DNA of 64,000 nt from the NCBI GenBank assembly GCA_958009085.1, contig OY253676.1:620001-684000 (forward strand). The letters are read 5' to 3'. Under the pieces are notes generated by a model, which saw only the letters and a list, made by a program, of their open reading frames with translations, made no database searches and was not told the DNA's origin. Of this stretch, positions 12,570 to 26,100 are shown in pieces (within the stretch, counting starts at the first letter, position 1; every line of letters starts with the position of its first letter). This DNA comes from Protoeuglena noctilucae (taxonomy: Eukaryota). Both the position numbers and the translations under genes were made by a program.

Positions 12570-12907
12570 CTCTACCCGATGCGAGCAGACGCGCGGGGTG
12601 AATGAGCTCCTCGACGGCGCTGGCGCGCGGTGAATGTAAGCCACCAACTTTGCCGCGCCCCCCCGACGTCCGTTGCCGTCCTTGAAACGCGCAATGCACT
12701 CTTCGATCGTTAGTAATTATCAGGGCATCGAGAGCGACCGCAAAGGGCCCATAATGAGGACGGGGGAGGTTTTGTGGGCCCACTGGTTTCAGTGCCAGTG
12801 AAAACTCACTTACTCTTCAGGATTCGCCGGCAGATATTCCGCGCGTAACAGCAGCAGCAAGCACGCGTTTCCCCTGCCATCTGCCCCTGCCGTCACAGCA
12901 AACTAGG

Positions 12908-13690
12908 ATGGCACAGGCCACACTTCTTCGGCACACGCTCTCCGGGGTCACACACAGGGGTCGCGTGCAGACGCGGGCTCTACACAACCACGGCAGGCGA
13001 GTGACGGGCTGAGGCTGGCTGTGGAAGCCATCCTTTGCCGCTCGTCCATCGCCTGGTTCGCGACTCCTCTGCAGCGGAATGCTGTCGCGCCGGACGGCGT
13101 CCTTCGGCGCGGGGCTGCTGGGCGCGTGCTTCGCGCCGCGCCGGGCTCTCGCGGCGGAGGATGCCCCGCGCAGCTCCGGGAAGCGCCAGGGCGAGGTAGC
13201 GAAGAGCGAGGAGGAGTGGCTGAAGGAGCTGGGGAAGGAGCGGTACGCCATTCTGCGCAAGGAGGGCACCGAGCGGCCGTTCACGTCGCCCCTGAACAAC
13301 GAGAAGCGCCGCGGCACGTTCGTGTGCGCCGGATGCGGCAGCACTCTCTTCGCATCGGACACCAAGTTCGACAGCGGCACCGGCTGGCCCTCCTTCTACC
13401 GACCTGTCGCGGAATCTGTGGACGAAGTCCCCGACTTCTCCATCTTCTTCATGCCAAGAACGGAGGTGAGTGAGCCACTGACCCTCGGTGGCGACTCGCG
13501 TGCCAGCGTGACGGTGTTGCTTGGCAGCATGCGGCCGTGGCTGAGAGTGCCTTGATGCCACCTTCGTGCGCAGGTGAGGTGCCACAAGTGTCAGGGGCAC
13601 CTGGGACACGTCTTCACGGACGGCCCTGCGCCCACTGGCCTCCGGTACTGCATGAACGGCCTGGCTCTGCGCTTCGAGCCTCAGGCATGA
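12908..13690 (+). CDS. MSRB: Peptide methionine-R-sulfoxide reductase MsrB (1-Cys type), 3 exons
   Basis: [57 protein letters not shown]. Exons 12908-12996, 13075-13465 and 13574-13690. Confidence 0.95.
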
Positions 13691-14057
13691 GTCCCATCCC
13701 TGGCTTTGGCGCTAGCCCCCTCTCACCCCCTCCAGCTGAGTGCTCGGTGCTAAGAGCTCAGTGGTTTGCGTCGACGCGGGCGGCGTTTCAAATGGCCTCT
13801 GGCGCTGGCGGGCCTCTGCTGGAAACGCGGCGATGGGTGGGCCCGGGCCGCTGGACAATGTTGCTATGCTTAGAAGGGCATGACACACTGAAAAACGAAC
13901 GGAGTCATCGCGCACCCGTCTGGCCAGTCAGACACCTGGAGCTCAGATAACCTGCAGGGACGAGAGGGCATGGGGACATCGCATTGTTAGCCGTGTTCGT
14001 TTCCCGCCGCAAACAGCCAGCACCCAGCACCGCCACGCCAGCATCCCATCCTACTCC

Positions 14058-17000
14058 TCAGGCAAAATGTCTTATGACACCTCGTCTCACCATCACAGTG
14101 TCGGCGTAGTCGCCCGGATGGATGCCCAGAGACCTCATGCCCATCTCATTGATCTCGTCCTCCTCCTGCTGGAGTGCCCACATGGCAGCGTAAAGCCCGC
14201 CCTTCTCCATCAACGACTTGTGCGTCCCCGACTCCTCAATCACGCCCTTCTGCAGAGCACAAGCGGTGCAGGTGGCTGTGGCGGGGAGCACAGTCAACAC
14301 AGGTGGTTATAAATGGGAGCACAGTCACATAAATGGCTGTGGCGGGGGCCAGCGATACACGGGTGCCGTGATGGCAGAAGTGATGGTGTGGCAAGTGCCT
14401 CAGCAGCGCCGCCCCAGTGATAGCAGCCAGCATCCGGTGTGCTCGGACCCAGCCACGTGTTGGCCCGGCATGGAAGGCACCGCTCCCACCCAGCGGGCGC
14501 ATGTCTCGCCTTCATGACGTAGATCCTGTCGCACTGCTTGATCGTGGACAGGCGGTGCGCGATGAAGATGGTCGTGCGGCCGCGGGAGATGTCCTGCAGG
14601 CTCGACATGATGCTCGCCTCCGTCCCGCTGTCGAGCGCGCTCGTGGCCTCGTCGCAGATCAGCAGCTGGGGGTTGCGCAGGAAGGCGCGGGCGATGGCCA
14701 CGCGCTGCTTCTCCCCGCCAGAAAGCTTCAGGCCACGCTCGCCCACCACTGCGGGAAGAGAGACCAGGGGGGCCGTCTCGCAGCAACACTGAGTGCACCA
14801 CATAGTCACTAGTACACCTCCCTCGCGCTCCCTACCCATGCACAATTCCCAATCCCCACCCACCCAGGCAGGACAGACTCCCTCGCGCACCCGTCCCCCA
14901 CCCATGGACAGTTCCCCGGTCCCCCACCCAAGCAGCCCATCCTAGCACCCTGCCTCGCTCACCCGTCTCCCACCCGTCGTTCATCCGGAGGATGGCCTCG
15001 TGGAGCTCCGCTGCCTTGGCCGCCTGCACGACCTCGTTGAACGTCGCGTCGGGGCGACCGTACTGGATGTTCTCGAGGATGGTGCCGTTGAGCAGCACGG
15101 CGTCCTGGGGGACCACGGCCGTCACGTCCCGCACCGACGCGCGCTTGAGCGTGCGCACGTCCGCCCCGTTAATGGTCACTGTGGTGTCAAAAGCGCACGT
15201 GACGCGTTGCGATGGGACGACCATCCCCAGCACACCTGTCGCCACCAGACCCCCGTGTCGCTCACCGGTGCCCGAGTCGGTGTCGTACGTCCTGAGGAGC
15301 AAACGGATGAGGGACGACTTGCCGGCGCCCGTGGGCCCCACGAACGCCACGCTCTGCCCCGCCTTGATGTCCAGGTTGATGTTCTTGCACACCTCCTTCT
15401 TGGTGTTGGGGTAGGAGAAGGTGACGTTTTCGAACGACACCGACACGCCCGGGGTCGCGGAGTTGGACGGGGGGAGGTCCTCCGTGCCGTCGGGCAGCTG
15501 GCTCTTGGTGTTGAGGATCTTGCCCAGCTGCTCCATGTCCACCAGCGACTGCCTGCGGTCGTGAAGAAGGGAGGGAACGCTCTTGAGATATACTGAGATT
15601 CTTGACAGGGCCAGTCAGAGGCGGGGTCACGGGTCAGGTCTGTCAGTGTGAATGATGGGAAGCACCCTGCGCCTCGTCTGTGGCTCACCTGAGCTCCCGA
15701 TAGAACCACCCGAGGAACTGTAAGGGCGCCCAGAGCTGGAGCATGAGGGCATTGGCCATGACCAGGTCCCCGACTGTCATCGTGCCCGCCGCGCAGCTGA
15801 CGATCCCCAGCGTGAGCACCGCCGTGACGCCCGCGGCCAGGATGATGCCCTGCCCCGCGTTGAGGCTGCACGACGCCACCTCAGACACGTACCCGGCATC
15901 GTGGTTGGCCCTGCGTGCACACAGGCAGCCACGCGTGGAGGCATGCGGGTGAATGCGCGATTGTGACGCGCTCGTGGGTCTCCGCCACCACCCACACTCG
16001 TGCTCCTGGCTCGTCCTAGTCCAGCTGTCACTCATGGCCTGTCACTCATGCCTCTATCTTCCACTCACTTCATGGTCTGGTTGAACTTGCGGACCTCCAG
16101 CGCGCCGTTGTTGTAGTTGGACACCGTCTCGATGTTGATGAGCGCGTCGACCGTCTTGGCCGACATCTCGTTCTCGATGGCGTTCACGACCTTGCGCGTG
16201 TTGGCGATGTCGGTCGTCGTGCTGACGGTGAAGGCCGAGTAGGCCAGGAACGTCTGCAAGGGTCACAGGAGAAGGGCTGCCCAAGGCAGGGACCTGACAC
16301 ACCCCTAGGAGGTATGTCAAAGCACCCGAGCGTGCATGACACGCCGCCGATGCGTTCAGGACATGATAAACCACGAACGCTGTGCCACCCCACGCGTCTG
16401 CTCACCAGCACCACGGCGCCAGCCACGGTGGGGTTGAAGGCCTTGGCCAGGAGCGCGCAGACGAGGACGAGCTCGACAGCCGTGGGGATGAACGTGAAGA
16501 CGAGGGAGCGGAAGATCATGTACACCGCCCGCGTGCCGCGCTCGAGGATTCGGGCCAAAGACCCCGTCTTGTTTTCGAGGTGGAACTGGGCGTCAAGACT
16601 CAGCAGGTGCCTGCGACGATACCCCAGGGGTGGTGCGTCCTGCTGAGCAGACTACCGAGAGAGGCAGCGGCGGTGCGTTCTGCTGAGCTGACCGTCGAGT
16701 GAGGCGGAGATGGTGCGGTCTGGCACGGCATGGTAATGACTTATGCGGAGGTGCGCGGCGTGTGCCCCGAGCTCACTTGAAGGTCGAGAAGGCGACCTGC
16801 CTGCCCACGGCCTGCGCGAGGGGCGTGAAGACCACCATCTGGAGCTCCTTGGCCGCCCCGCTCACCGCCTTGGCCACGCCCGACAGCACGATCGCCGTGA
16901 CGGCCGCCTGCACCATGGCCTCCGTGACAGGGCCCGCGGCGAGGGCGTCGACTGCGGCAGGGACGGCGCGATGCTGACGCGGAGCGCTGGGGGGGCGCGG

Positions 17001-17553
17001 GCGGCAGAACGGCAAGCTGGCAGTGTCAGTCAGTCACCGGCCTGCTTGAAGAAGACGGGGACCGTCATGCCGATGCCCTTGGACACGACCATGCAGAGGA
17101 TGGCGGCGATGAGGCGCCACTGCATGCGGGGGGCGCTCGCCGCGAGGCCCATCAGGTACGGCATCATCTGGAACAGGCCCACGGAGTTGGGCGGGCGCGT
17201 CGTCTTGGGCTCGTCGAGGTTCTTCCCAGCGCGCTCCAGGAAGCTGTCGACCTCTGCAGGTCGAGAGGGAAGCAGGAGGGAGGAGTCCAGCCGCGCCAGT
17301 GCACGCAAGCGCGGCGGACGAGGAAGAGAAACTCAGCGGCGCCGGCGCACGCGAGCGCGGCGGGAAACGAGCAAATGCCGCAGTGCGATCCACTCACGGT
17401 CGGCCAGCTCCTTGTTGTCGGCGGTGGTGAGGCCAATGGAGAAGGCGCTCGTGACGACATCCTTCCTGTCACGACCCAGGCGCGTGGTGGCGCAGAGGGA
17501 GGCCACGCGCGCGGGCAGGACACGGCGCACCGGCGCACCTGCCGTGGCATCAC
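14058..17553 (-). CDS. ATM1: ABCB-type half transporter of the ATM1/ABCB7/HMT1 family, multi-exon; 5' end uncertain
   Basis: TMD motifs [13 protein letters not shown] and [24 protein letters not shown]; Walker A GPTGAGKS; signature [23 protein letters not shown]; Walker [20 protein letters not shown]. Confidence 0.93.
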
Positions 17554-18071
17554 ACCTGCGAGCCCACAGCGGGAGAGAAGCGTGTCTGCGCGCTGCTCGA
17601 GACGTGATTCAATCTTCAGCAGTCATTATCGAGCCCCTGCTGCGCCCCGGCGACGCGGCGGGGCGGGTCCTCCGGAGCTGACGACATCAGCCCCGGGCAT
17701 GCCGGCCAAGGCTCGCGTGGGCGCGGGACAGGGCGCGATCAGCACATCGCGCACGCTTTTAGCGCCGGGGACGTGGGGGGCCCGCCGCGCCGCACCTCGT
17801 GCTCCGGGCGCGGAGGCCCGAGACGGAGGCCTGCATGACTGGGCTCGACGATCCGTCCCAAACGCGAGCTTTTGTTTAGGGACGTTTGGCGAACTGTGGC
17901 CCCGCGGATGGTGCGCAGGGCTGTCACGCTTTTGCCAGTATTGCCCGCCTGGCGCCCACGGCGGGGCTCAACCGCGGCCGCGCATGTGACTGAGACGCAG
18001 CGATTTGCTCGCACCTGCTGGATTTCGCACGCCACCTGGCGACGGGCCTCGGCCCTCGCAGGCGGCACAAA

Positions 18072-21000
18072 ATGACGGAGAGCAAGGCATTCGGCCGGTC
18101 ATACAATGACGTGTTGTCTTTTGAGATGGCGCAGTGGCTCAGGTGGGGCGGCGTGGGCGCGTCGATTGGCGGGCTGGGGGGGCTCCATGCGGATGCGCAG
18201 ACATGCCGCTCCCCCGGGCCGAGCATTCGCCAGCGTGTAACTTTCACGGGTTCCACCGAACGGAGTCCATTTGCACGTGAATCTGCGGTCGCGTCCCGCG
18301 CCTGCGTCCAGTCGCGCGGAGGTCAAGGAGCCACGACGCTGGGCCCTGTGCTGCCGCAGCCGCGCACGGGGGACACGCGGGACGCCGGCGCTGCTCGCAT
18401 GGGACGCAACCGCTGACCTCCTTCCTCGCGTGCGCTCGCCTCCCAGGAAGCGCGGGCGCCCGATGCGGCCCCGTTTGACCCGGGACCAGAAGCGTGAGCT
18501 GCGCGAGTGCTTCGAATTCATCGACGAGGACAAGTCCGGAGCCATCGAGCTCGATGAGCTCATGGAGGCCTTCAAGCTGCTGAACGTGAAGATGACGGAG
18601 AAGGAGGCGCGGCGCATCATGCTCAAGGTCGACCGGTGCGGGACATGCGCCTGCCGCGCCGCTCGCCGTGGCCGTATCGGGGGCCTCCTGCGCCCGCATG
18701 AGCTTCATCCATGGCACCGCTTCCTCGGCACGCAGCGACAACAGCGGCGCGGTGGAGTTTGCCGAGTTCGTGGAGATCATGACGACCACCATCGCCGAGC
18801 AAGAGGGCGACTCGTTCAAGAAGGCCACGGAGGCCCCGCAGACGAGCAGCGCCTTCCGCTCGACGACTGCACGCTTCCGGCCGCCTCCTCGAGACCCATC
18901 TACCGAGTGGTTCCTGCGGCAGGTGGACATCCAGGCCCAGGTCCGGCGGGAGAGGCGGGAGCAGCGACTCCGCGAGCTGCAGCAGCAGCAGCAGCAGCAG
19001 GGGTCCAAGGCGGAGGCGGACCCGAGCGATACGAACGTGATGAACGCCCGCGTGTTGCCTTTCAACCTGATGGCGACGGCCTACCGCCGCCAGCGCGTGC
19101 TCGATGCCATCAGCACCGGCGACCTCACGGTCCTCAAGGAGATGTACGAGCGCTACGTGGCTGAGAAGGAGGAGACGGAGAGGCGGGCGGAGATCCAGCG
19201 GATGATCGCCGAGAGGAACAAGGAGTCGGTCTTCGTGGCCACCAGCCTCGACCGCAACAAGCGCGCCAACGCCATCGCGGCCATGCTGCGGCAGCGGCGC
19301 GTCGGGACGGTCGACCCCGAACTCGAGGGCAGGCGAGCTTGAGCTTTGCGTGGGTGGCTTGGCGTGGGTTGCTGAGCACTGCCGGGCGCGCGTCTCCCTG
19401 CGTTTCTGCACCCACTCTGGGTTGCCCGGCCCTTTAACGCTGGCTCCCTCCACTCGAATTCCCACAGGCTCTCCGGCGACGCCAGCAGCCACTCCAGCGA
19501 CGTGGACGGCAGCTCGAGTAGCGGAGGCGCTTCTTCGGATGTCGAGTCGGAGGTCGGCGCAGTGGCCGCAGGGCTCGGCAATGGCTTTAAAGACGACAAG
19601 TGAGCCTTGCGTAGGGTCAGGGTCTTGCGTGTGTTTCACAACCTTGAGCTGAAGCTCAACTTTCGTTCTGCTATTGCTCTCCGCCACGAGCAGACCCCGC
19701 CCGTTTGTATTTGCTTTGCAGGAAGAAGGAGCGCATTGTGCTCCCGGCTGACCTCGAGTTCTTCGAGTGGGAGGTGCACCCCAACGCAGAGGCCGCGGGG
19801 CTCTTGGGCACGCGTGGGTCCATCCAAAGCACCGGCCACAGTGACATGCCACCAGCAGATCGGTCACCCAGGCAAGGGGCGAGCGAGGAGGCTTATGGAG
19901 CAGGCACTGCCACTCCTCTTTGCTTGAGGGGTTCGGCACCGCTGCTTTGTGACCGACTGTCAGGCTGCATCACACCACTCCCGATCTGTCCGCCTCCAGG
20001 GACGGCTGGAACCGGAGCGGTCAGGCATTGTCACCCTGGGCGCCGCCGGACCCCAGCGCAATGCCGAAAGCTACCGGGCGCGGCAACGCCCCGTGGGGGA
20101 TGGAGGCGGTGTCACAGCCCAGCGGACCACCACCAGGGATATCCGCCGCGCCCCGCCAGCGGCCAACGTCAGCCCGCGGGCCCAGCAACCTCAACCAGGC
20201 CCTTGTGACCTCCCCGGCCAAAGTCGACGTCCCGCTTCGCTGGGGCCGACCCCCGAGTGCGTCCATGGCGCCCCGGCGCACGCAGCTGAGGAGTCACGCA
20301 GAGGCAAGGGGGCGCCGCCCCGCATCGGCGGCCGCGACGCTCGCTGGGGGACACACCGCAGAGTCCTGGGACCGGGCAGGGCAAGGCGCCCTGCCTGTGT
20401 CGCGGCAGCCGGTCCACGTGTCCATCACAGCCGAGGGTCTGCTGCCGGCGCGGCGGGGGTGGGCCGCGCTGGGTGCAGTGGCTCTGGTGGCGGCGGAGGC
20501 GAACGAAACGCAGGGCTCCGTGCCGCGCTCGCGCCCAGAGTCCGCGTGGGTGGGTGGTTGGGCATCGCTGCGGCCCGCACCACCCCGGGGCGAGGGGCTT
20601 AGCCGGCCCGTCTCGGGAGTGGACCCGCGGCCGGCATCCGCGAGGCCGGTATCTGCAAGACCGGTGTCTGCGCGGCCGGCTTCAGCAAGGCCCGGGAGGG
20701 GCGGCGTCGGGTCGAGCATGCGGGAGGCTCCGGGGCTGGCGGCGGAGGTCATTGCAGAGGGGCACGGGGCTCCGGTGCCGGGCAGAGACCCCCTCCGCGC
20801 GCGGCCCACGACTGCCTACCCGCGCCCGGCGCAGAGACCCGAGAGTCTGTCTCTGCGGTCGCGACCCAGCACGGCACGTCCCGGTGAGCGCTCTGGGCTA
20901 GCAGCCGGGGTGGATGTGGGAGGTGATGCCTCGCGCTTCTCGCGAAGTCGGCGGGTGCTTTGTCCGCAGGCACGGCACCCGTGGACCAATCCAAGCAGCT

Positions 21001-21680
21001 CTTGCTGGGTTCAACGCAAGGCTCGGTGCCGAGGCAGTCCAGCCGCTTCGAGGCGGTCCGCAACCGTCAGGCGCAGTTCCTGTCGCATCCAGCGCAGTTC
21101 TCGGTCGCGCTGCGCCTGCTGACGCGCCACGAGATCCGGCAGGAGGCGGGGGCTGTGCCGGGAGGGTAGGGCGCGGGCGAGGCTTTCCGAGCCTCACCGC
21201 AACCGAGTTTTGGGAGGTAGCTAGCCGCTGCTGCTCCGCGCCGCGGTTCAAATGCGAAGTGACAGCAATTTGGTCACGGAGATGCTGCTGTTGCAGCGCA
21301 GAACATCCACGCCCTGCTTGCGAGATGCGTCGCCAGGATGTCCATGTCAGGGCTGTCAGGCAGAGCAGAGAGCTCACGCTTGAAGCGCGTTGCCGGGCTA
21401 GGACATTCCACACGCGCTCTCGATTGCTTGCGCGCGATCGGAGCGCTCGGAGCAATCGGCATTGACGCTTTGCTGCTGTGCGTTCTCCAGCCGCTCCGCT
21501 TTCTGCACGTTTCCAACGTCTCCGCGCCCCATCTCCGTCAGCTAGGCGTCAGGTGAGCCATCCGTCCTCCGTAAGGGGTTTTGAACCCCTCGTTCCCACA
21601 GATGGTGTCGACTATCGTGCCCCGCCCAAGCTTGCCGTCGGGAGGCGCTCGTTCCGGCCGTCGGGGATTCAGCTGAATGA
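18072..21680 (+). CDS. EF-hand (centrin/calmodulin-like) protein with long low-complexity C-terminus; 3' end uncertain
   Basis: ELRECFEFIDEDKSGAIELDEL and VDRDNSGAVEFAEFVEIM are EF-hands. Exon 1 at 18072 splices in frame to 18447. Poly-Q and RPxSA repeats follow. Confidence 0.7.
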
Positions 21681-22051
21681 CGCGTGCGGATTTGTTCCAT
21701 CACATGTGCCTTGCTCGTCCCAAACCCCCACAACCGGGCCCCGGTGGGGTCGTTGTTGAGCTGGGGGTCTGGCAGCCCGCCCCGCCCGAAATCGGATGTC
21801 TCGCGGCCGCGATGTCCCTTCACCGGCGAGATCTCCTAACATGCATGCCGATTATTCCCATGCAGGGTCGGACGAGGCCCACGCCGAGACTGCTCGCTCC
21901 TTCCCCTACGTCGAGCCGTGGATCGAATGTCCCGGCCCACCGACGCCACCAATCGGCTGAAGAGGCCCGCTCTGAGCAAGGTATGGCGGTGTTAAACACG
22001 CGCTGCGCCGATCTAGTCCCGAGCGATCCGCGGCGCGCGCGGCGTTCGAAG

Positions 22052-22938
22052 ATGCGCTGGGGTCGGCCCCTGCAGGCGTCCCCGGAGCCCGCGATGGCCG
22101 AGTCCGCGAAGCCAGTCGAGCTGGTTCAGTTTGATGCAGCCTCGGGCAAGTTCTCCCTGGGCGCGGACGCCCTGCGCGCGCTGCGTGCCGTGCGCACGCC
22201 CGTGGCGGTCGTGGCCGTGTGCGGGCGTGCCCGCCAGGGCAAGTCCTTCATCCTCAACCAGCTTCTGGGCCGCTCCCGAGGTTTCCAGGTTGCCCCGACG
22301 CACCGCCCGTGCACCAAGGGCCTGTGGATGTGGTCCGCGCCCGTCCCGCGCACGGCGCCCGACGGCTCGCCCTACCACCTGGTCCTTCTCGACACGGAGG
22401 GCATCGACGCGTACGACCAGACGGGCCAGTACAGCACGCAGATCTTCTCCCTGGCCGTCCTCCTCTCCTCCCTCTTCGTCTACAACCAGATGGGCGGCAT
22501 CGACGAGGCGGCCCTCGACCGCCTGTCGCTGGTGACCGAGATGACGCAGCACATCCGCGCGCGCTCCTCCGAGGGCCCCGCGACCGGCGCCGAGCTCGGC
22601 CGATTCGCCCCGTCCTTCCTCTGGCTCCTCCGCGACTTCTACCTGGAGCTGGAGGAGGACGGACGGCGCATTGCCCCCCGGGACTACCTGGAGGCGGCGC
22701 TGCGGGCCGTGCCGGGGTCCGGGGCGGCGGCGGCGAGCAAGAACCCGGATCCGCGAGAGCATCAAGGACCTGTTCCCGGACAGGGACTGCTTCACGCTCG
22801 TGCGGCCCGTGAACGACGAGCGCGACCTCGCCCACCTCGACTCCCTCGACCCCGCGAGGCTGCGGTCCGAGTTCCGGCAGGGGCTGGATCGCTTGACGCA
22901 GACCGTCTTCGAGCGCGCGCGGCCCAAGGAGCTGGGGG
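22052..22938 (+). CDS. Guanylate-binding protein (GBP/atlastin-family GTPase), partial, runs into the assembly gap; one-base frameshift near 22745
   Basis: VAVVAVCGRARQGKSFILNQLLG, HRPCTKGLWMWS, LLDTEG, FLWLLRDF, then RIRESIKDLFPDRDCFTLVRP in a shifted frame. Confidence 0.92.
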
Positions 22939-23138
22939 NNNNNNNNNNNNNNNNNNNNNNNNNNNNNNNNNNNNNNNNNNNNNNNNNNNNNNNNNNNNNN
23001 NNNNNNNNNNNNNNNNNNNNNNNNNNNNNNNNNNNNNNNNNNNNNNNNNNNNNNNNNNNNNNNNNNNNNNNNNNNNNNNNNNNNNNNNNNNNNNNNNNNN
23101 NNNNNNNNNNNNNNNNNNNNNNNNNNNNNNNNNNNNNN
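22939..23138. other. Assembly gap (200 N)
   Basis: Run of n characters. It separates the incomplete GBP and SNF2 3' ends, so the true gap is probably longer. Confidence 0.99.
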
Positions 23139-26100
23139 CCGCCTTGAGGGACATTAGCATGACCTCCACGGTCGGATCCGTGCGGAAGTCCTCGAGGGCC
23201 TTGTCGCGCTGCGCCACGGTCATGGAGCCGTCCAGGCGGCGGAAGCGGAAGCCGGCCTGGGTCAGGGGCACCTCCACCAAGTCCAGCATCGACGTCCACT
23301 GGGAGAACACGATGGCCTTGCTCGGGGGCTTGCCGCCGGCCGCCCCGGGGCCGCCGGGGGCAGAGGAGGGAGCGTGGGCGCCGGGGGGAGGCGGCGGGAG
23401 CTTCCGCATCGCGCCGGCAAGCCGAGCCGCGCTTTTGGCCCGAGGGGGCGCGCGGGCGGGCGCGCCCGGGCCCGCGATCGCACCGGCGCCCGCGGCGCGG
23501 CCGTCCTCGCCCGGCGCACCGGCGCGGCCGCCCGAGCGCATGCGCCTCAGGATGCTGAGGAGCTCGCGCATCTTGGCGGAGAGCTCCAGGGGCTGGGGCG
23601 CGAGGGCCGACGCCGGGGCGGACGCGTCGGCGGCGGCGCGGGTGGCGGCGGGCTCGGCGGCGGCCTCCACGGCGGCCGAGGGGAGGAGCTCCGCGGCGTG
23701 GAGCGGCGCGCCGCACGTGGGGCACGGGAAGGCCGCGTCGGCGCTGGCGGTGGAGCCCCCCAGGGAGGTTGCCGCACACTGCTCGCAAAAGACGTGGGCG
23801 CACCGAGCCGCCAGGGGATCCTCGGCGACGTCGCCGCACACGGCGCACTGCGCGGGGACCTGCCGGAGCGCTGCCGCCATGCGCGAGAGGGTGCCGGCGG
23901 GGAGCTTGCGTGCGGCGCGGGTGGCGGTCGCGAGGTCCTTCCCGTTCACGCGCGATTTGCGCAGGTGCGGGGGAGGGGCCGCGAGCCAGGGGTGGTCGCA
24001 ACACTGCCTGCGAGAGGGACGCCGGGCGGGCGGCGGGGTTGCTCTCCCACCCACCTCTGGGCCGCGGTGCTGGCTACTGCGCTCGACGTGAGCTGCGCCC
24101 TGCCAAAGAAAACAACGCTTAGCAACTTCACCTGAGCCGGAGCATGAGGAGGAGCATGTTGGCGTACGAGTTGCCGCTCCCATACGCGGCGAGGTCCCGT
24201 ATGCGGGCCTGGGAGTCCGACAGGATGTCCTGGTAAGCGCGCTGCTCCCCGTCGGTGGGATCGCAGAGCACCCGGCGGGTGGTGCGCGGCGGGAGCGGCA
24301 CGATGGGCTCTCCGTCGATGCGCGTGGCCTTAGTGCGGCGCAGGACGACGCCCTGGAGGATGGCGGACAGACGGCGCATGCCCAGCGTCGGGTCGGCGGA
24401 GATGGGGTCGCGGACCAGGGAGCGGAACGACGAGGGGTCGCTGTAGGGCTCGAGGCGAAGGAACGAGAAGAAGCTCTGCGGTGGCGGAGGCGGCCAGAAG
24501 CGATCAGACAGTCCTAGGCTCTCACGCGTGAGGCGGTCCGAAGTTGCCGTGCTGTGAGATGCTGATGATGATCCGACAGGCAAGACAACAGTTCTGCACC
24601 GCGTTGCGCACGGACGACAGTCCACGCCGGGTCCCTCCCTCACCTGCAGCTCGTCGACGCTGTTCTGGATGGGCGTCCCCGAGAGGCACCACCGGTGCTC
24701 GGCGCGCAGGGCGCACGCGGCGCGGGACACGAGCGTCTTGGGGTTCTTGATGAGCTGCGCCTCGTCGAGGATGACGCGAAACCATTGAAGGGAGAAGAGG
24801 AGGTCCGGGCGACTCGCACCCGCGCCCCCCCGGCCCCGCCCGCCCCGGCCGCGCCCCCCGCCGCGGCCCCCAGCCCCCGCGCCGCCCGTCTGCCCCGACG
24901 CCTGCTCCGCGGACCGCGAGCGCGCGCCCTCGTGGGGCAGCTGCTGCGTCAGGATCGAGTAGGTCGTGATGACCACGTCGTACTTGGACAGCCTCGCCTC
25001 GTCCGTCATCCGGGACGCCCCGTGGTAGATGTACGCGGACAGACCCGCGGAAAAGGACACCTTGTCGCGGAACTCCTGTAGCCACTGCTGCAGCACCGTC
25101 GTCGGGCACACCACCAGGGTGCCCGCCCGCCGGCACCCCTCCGCACCCCACCCCTCGCTGCTCGTCCCGTCCGACGTCGCACGGGAGGCCACGAGGACCT
25201 CGCTCGCGCCGCCCCGGCGCGCAGGGCCCCTCCGATCTTCCACCGCAGAGGCACGCGCACCCGCACCCGCCCCCGCACCAGCGCCCGCAACCCCGCCGCG
25301 CGCGCCCTTCACCACCACGACGTCCTCCGAGGACCCGTCCTTGCCCGCGACAATCTCCACGCTCCCGGGCGTGCCGGAGTCCCCGTCCTCAGCGCCGCCC
25401 TTGAGGCGCTTGGCCGCCCGCCCCGTGCCCTCCGCCGGCTCCCCGTCGCCCCCGCCGCCCTTGCCGCCGCGCCGCCGGACCGACCCCGGACCCCCGCCCC
25501 GCCCCTCGGCCGTGCTGGGCACCGTCGCGACCGACGCAGACATCGACTCGACCTCACCCTCGGGCGCCGACGCCGCGGAAAACTCCTCCGTGGGCCGACG
25601 CCCGTCCGCGTGGCCGGTGACGGGGCCCGGGGGGCTCCCGTCGCCGTCCCCAGGCCCGGACGGCCCCAGGTTGGGCCACCCAGGGCTGCGGTCCGCCCTG
25701 CCACCGCAAGACGCTCCCTCAGGCCCCAGGCCGGCGACCCCGGCCCCGCCCTCCACCGCCCCGTGGGACGGCGTACCCTCGCTGTGGGAGCACTCCCGCC
25801 GAAGCGGCCCCGTGCCCTTGCGCCAGTCGGGAGGCGGCCGGTGGGTCACCACCACAGCCAACGCGGTGACCGTCTTGCCCAGGCCCTGGTCGTCGGCGAG
25901 GATGCCGCCCCTGGAAGCGCGACAGAAGCAACGCGGGGCTCAGCAGCGCATCACGCGGGATGCCCCCCACCACAGCTCAGGCGTGAAGGCCATGCACTGC
26001 CCAAATGCTCCGTACCGCATGCGTGCCTCCCTGCCACCGTTCACGGGTGCAGGGTGCCTCACCTGGGGTACCCGTGGACCTCCTTCTGGACCATCCACGC

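Noticed and set aside
22740..22750. GBP pseudogene or programmed frameshift
   Set aside because: A single extra C lies ~190 nt from a contig end in very GC-rich sequence and both sides are well conserved, so a sequencing error is more likely.
21677..24183. Long ORFs suggesting a GBP-SNF2 fusion or overlapping genes
   Set aside because: Artefact of translating through Ns; the two genes are convergent on opposite strands.
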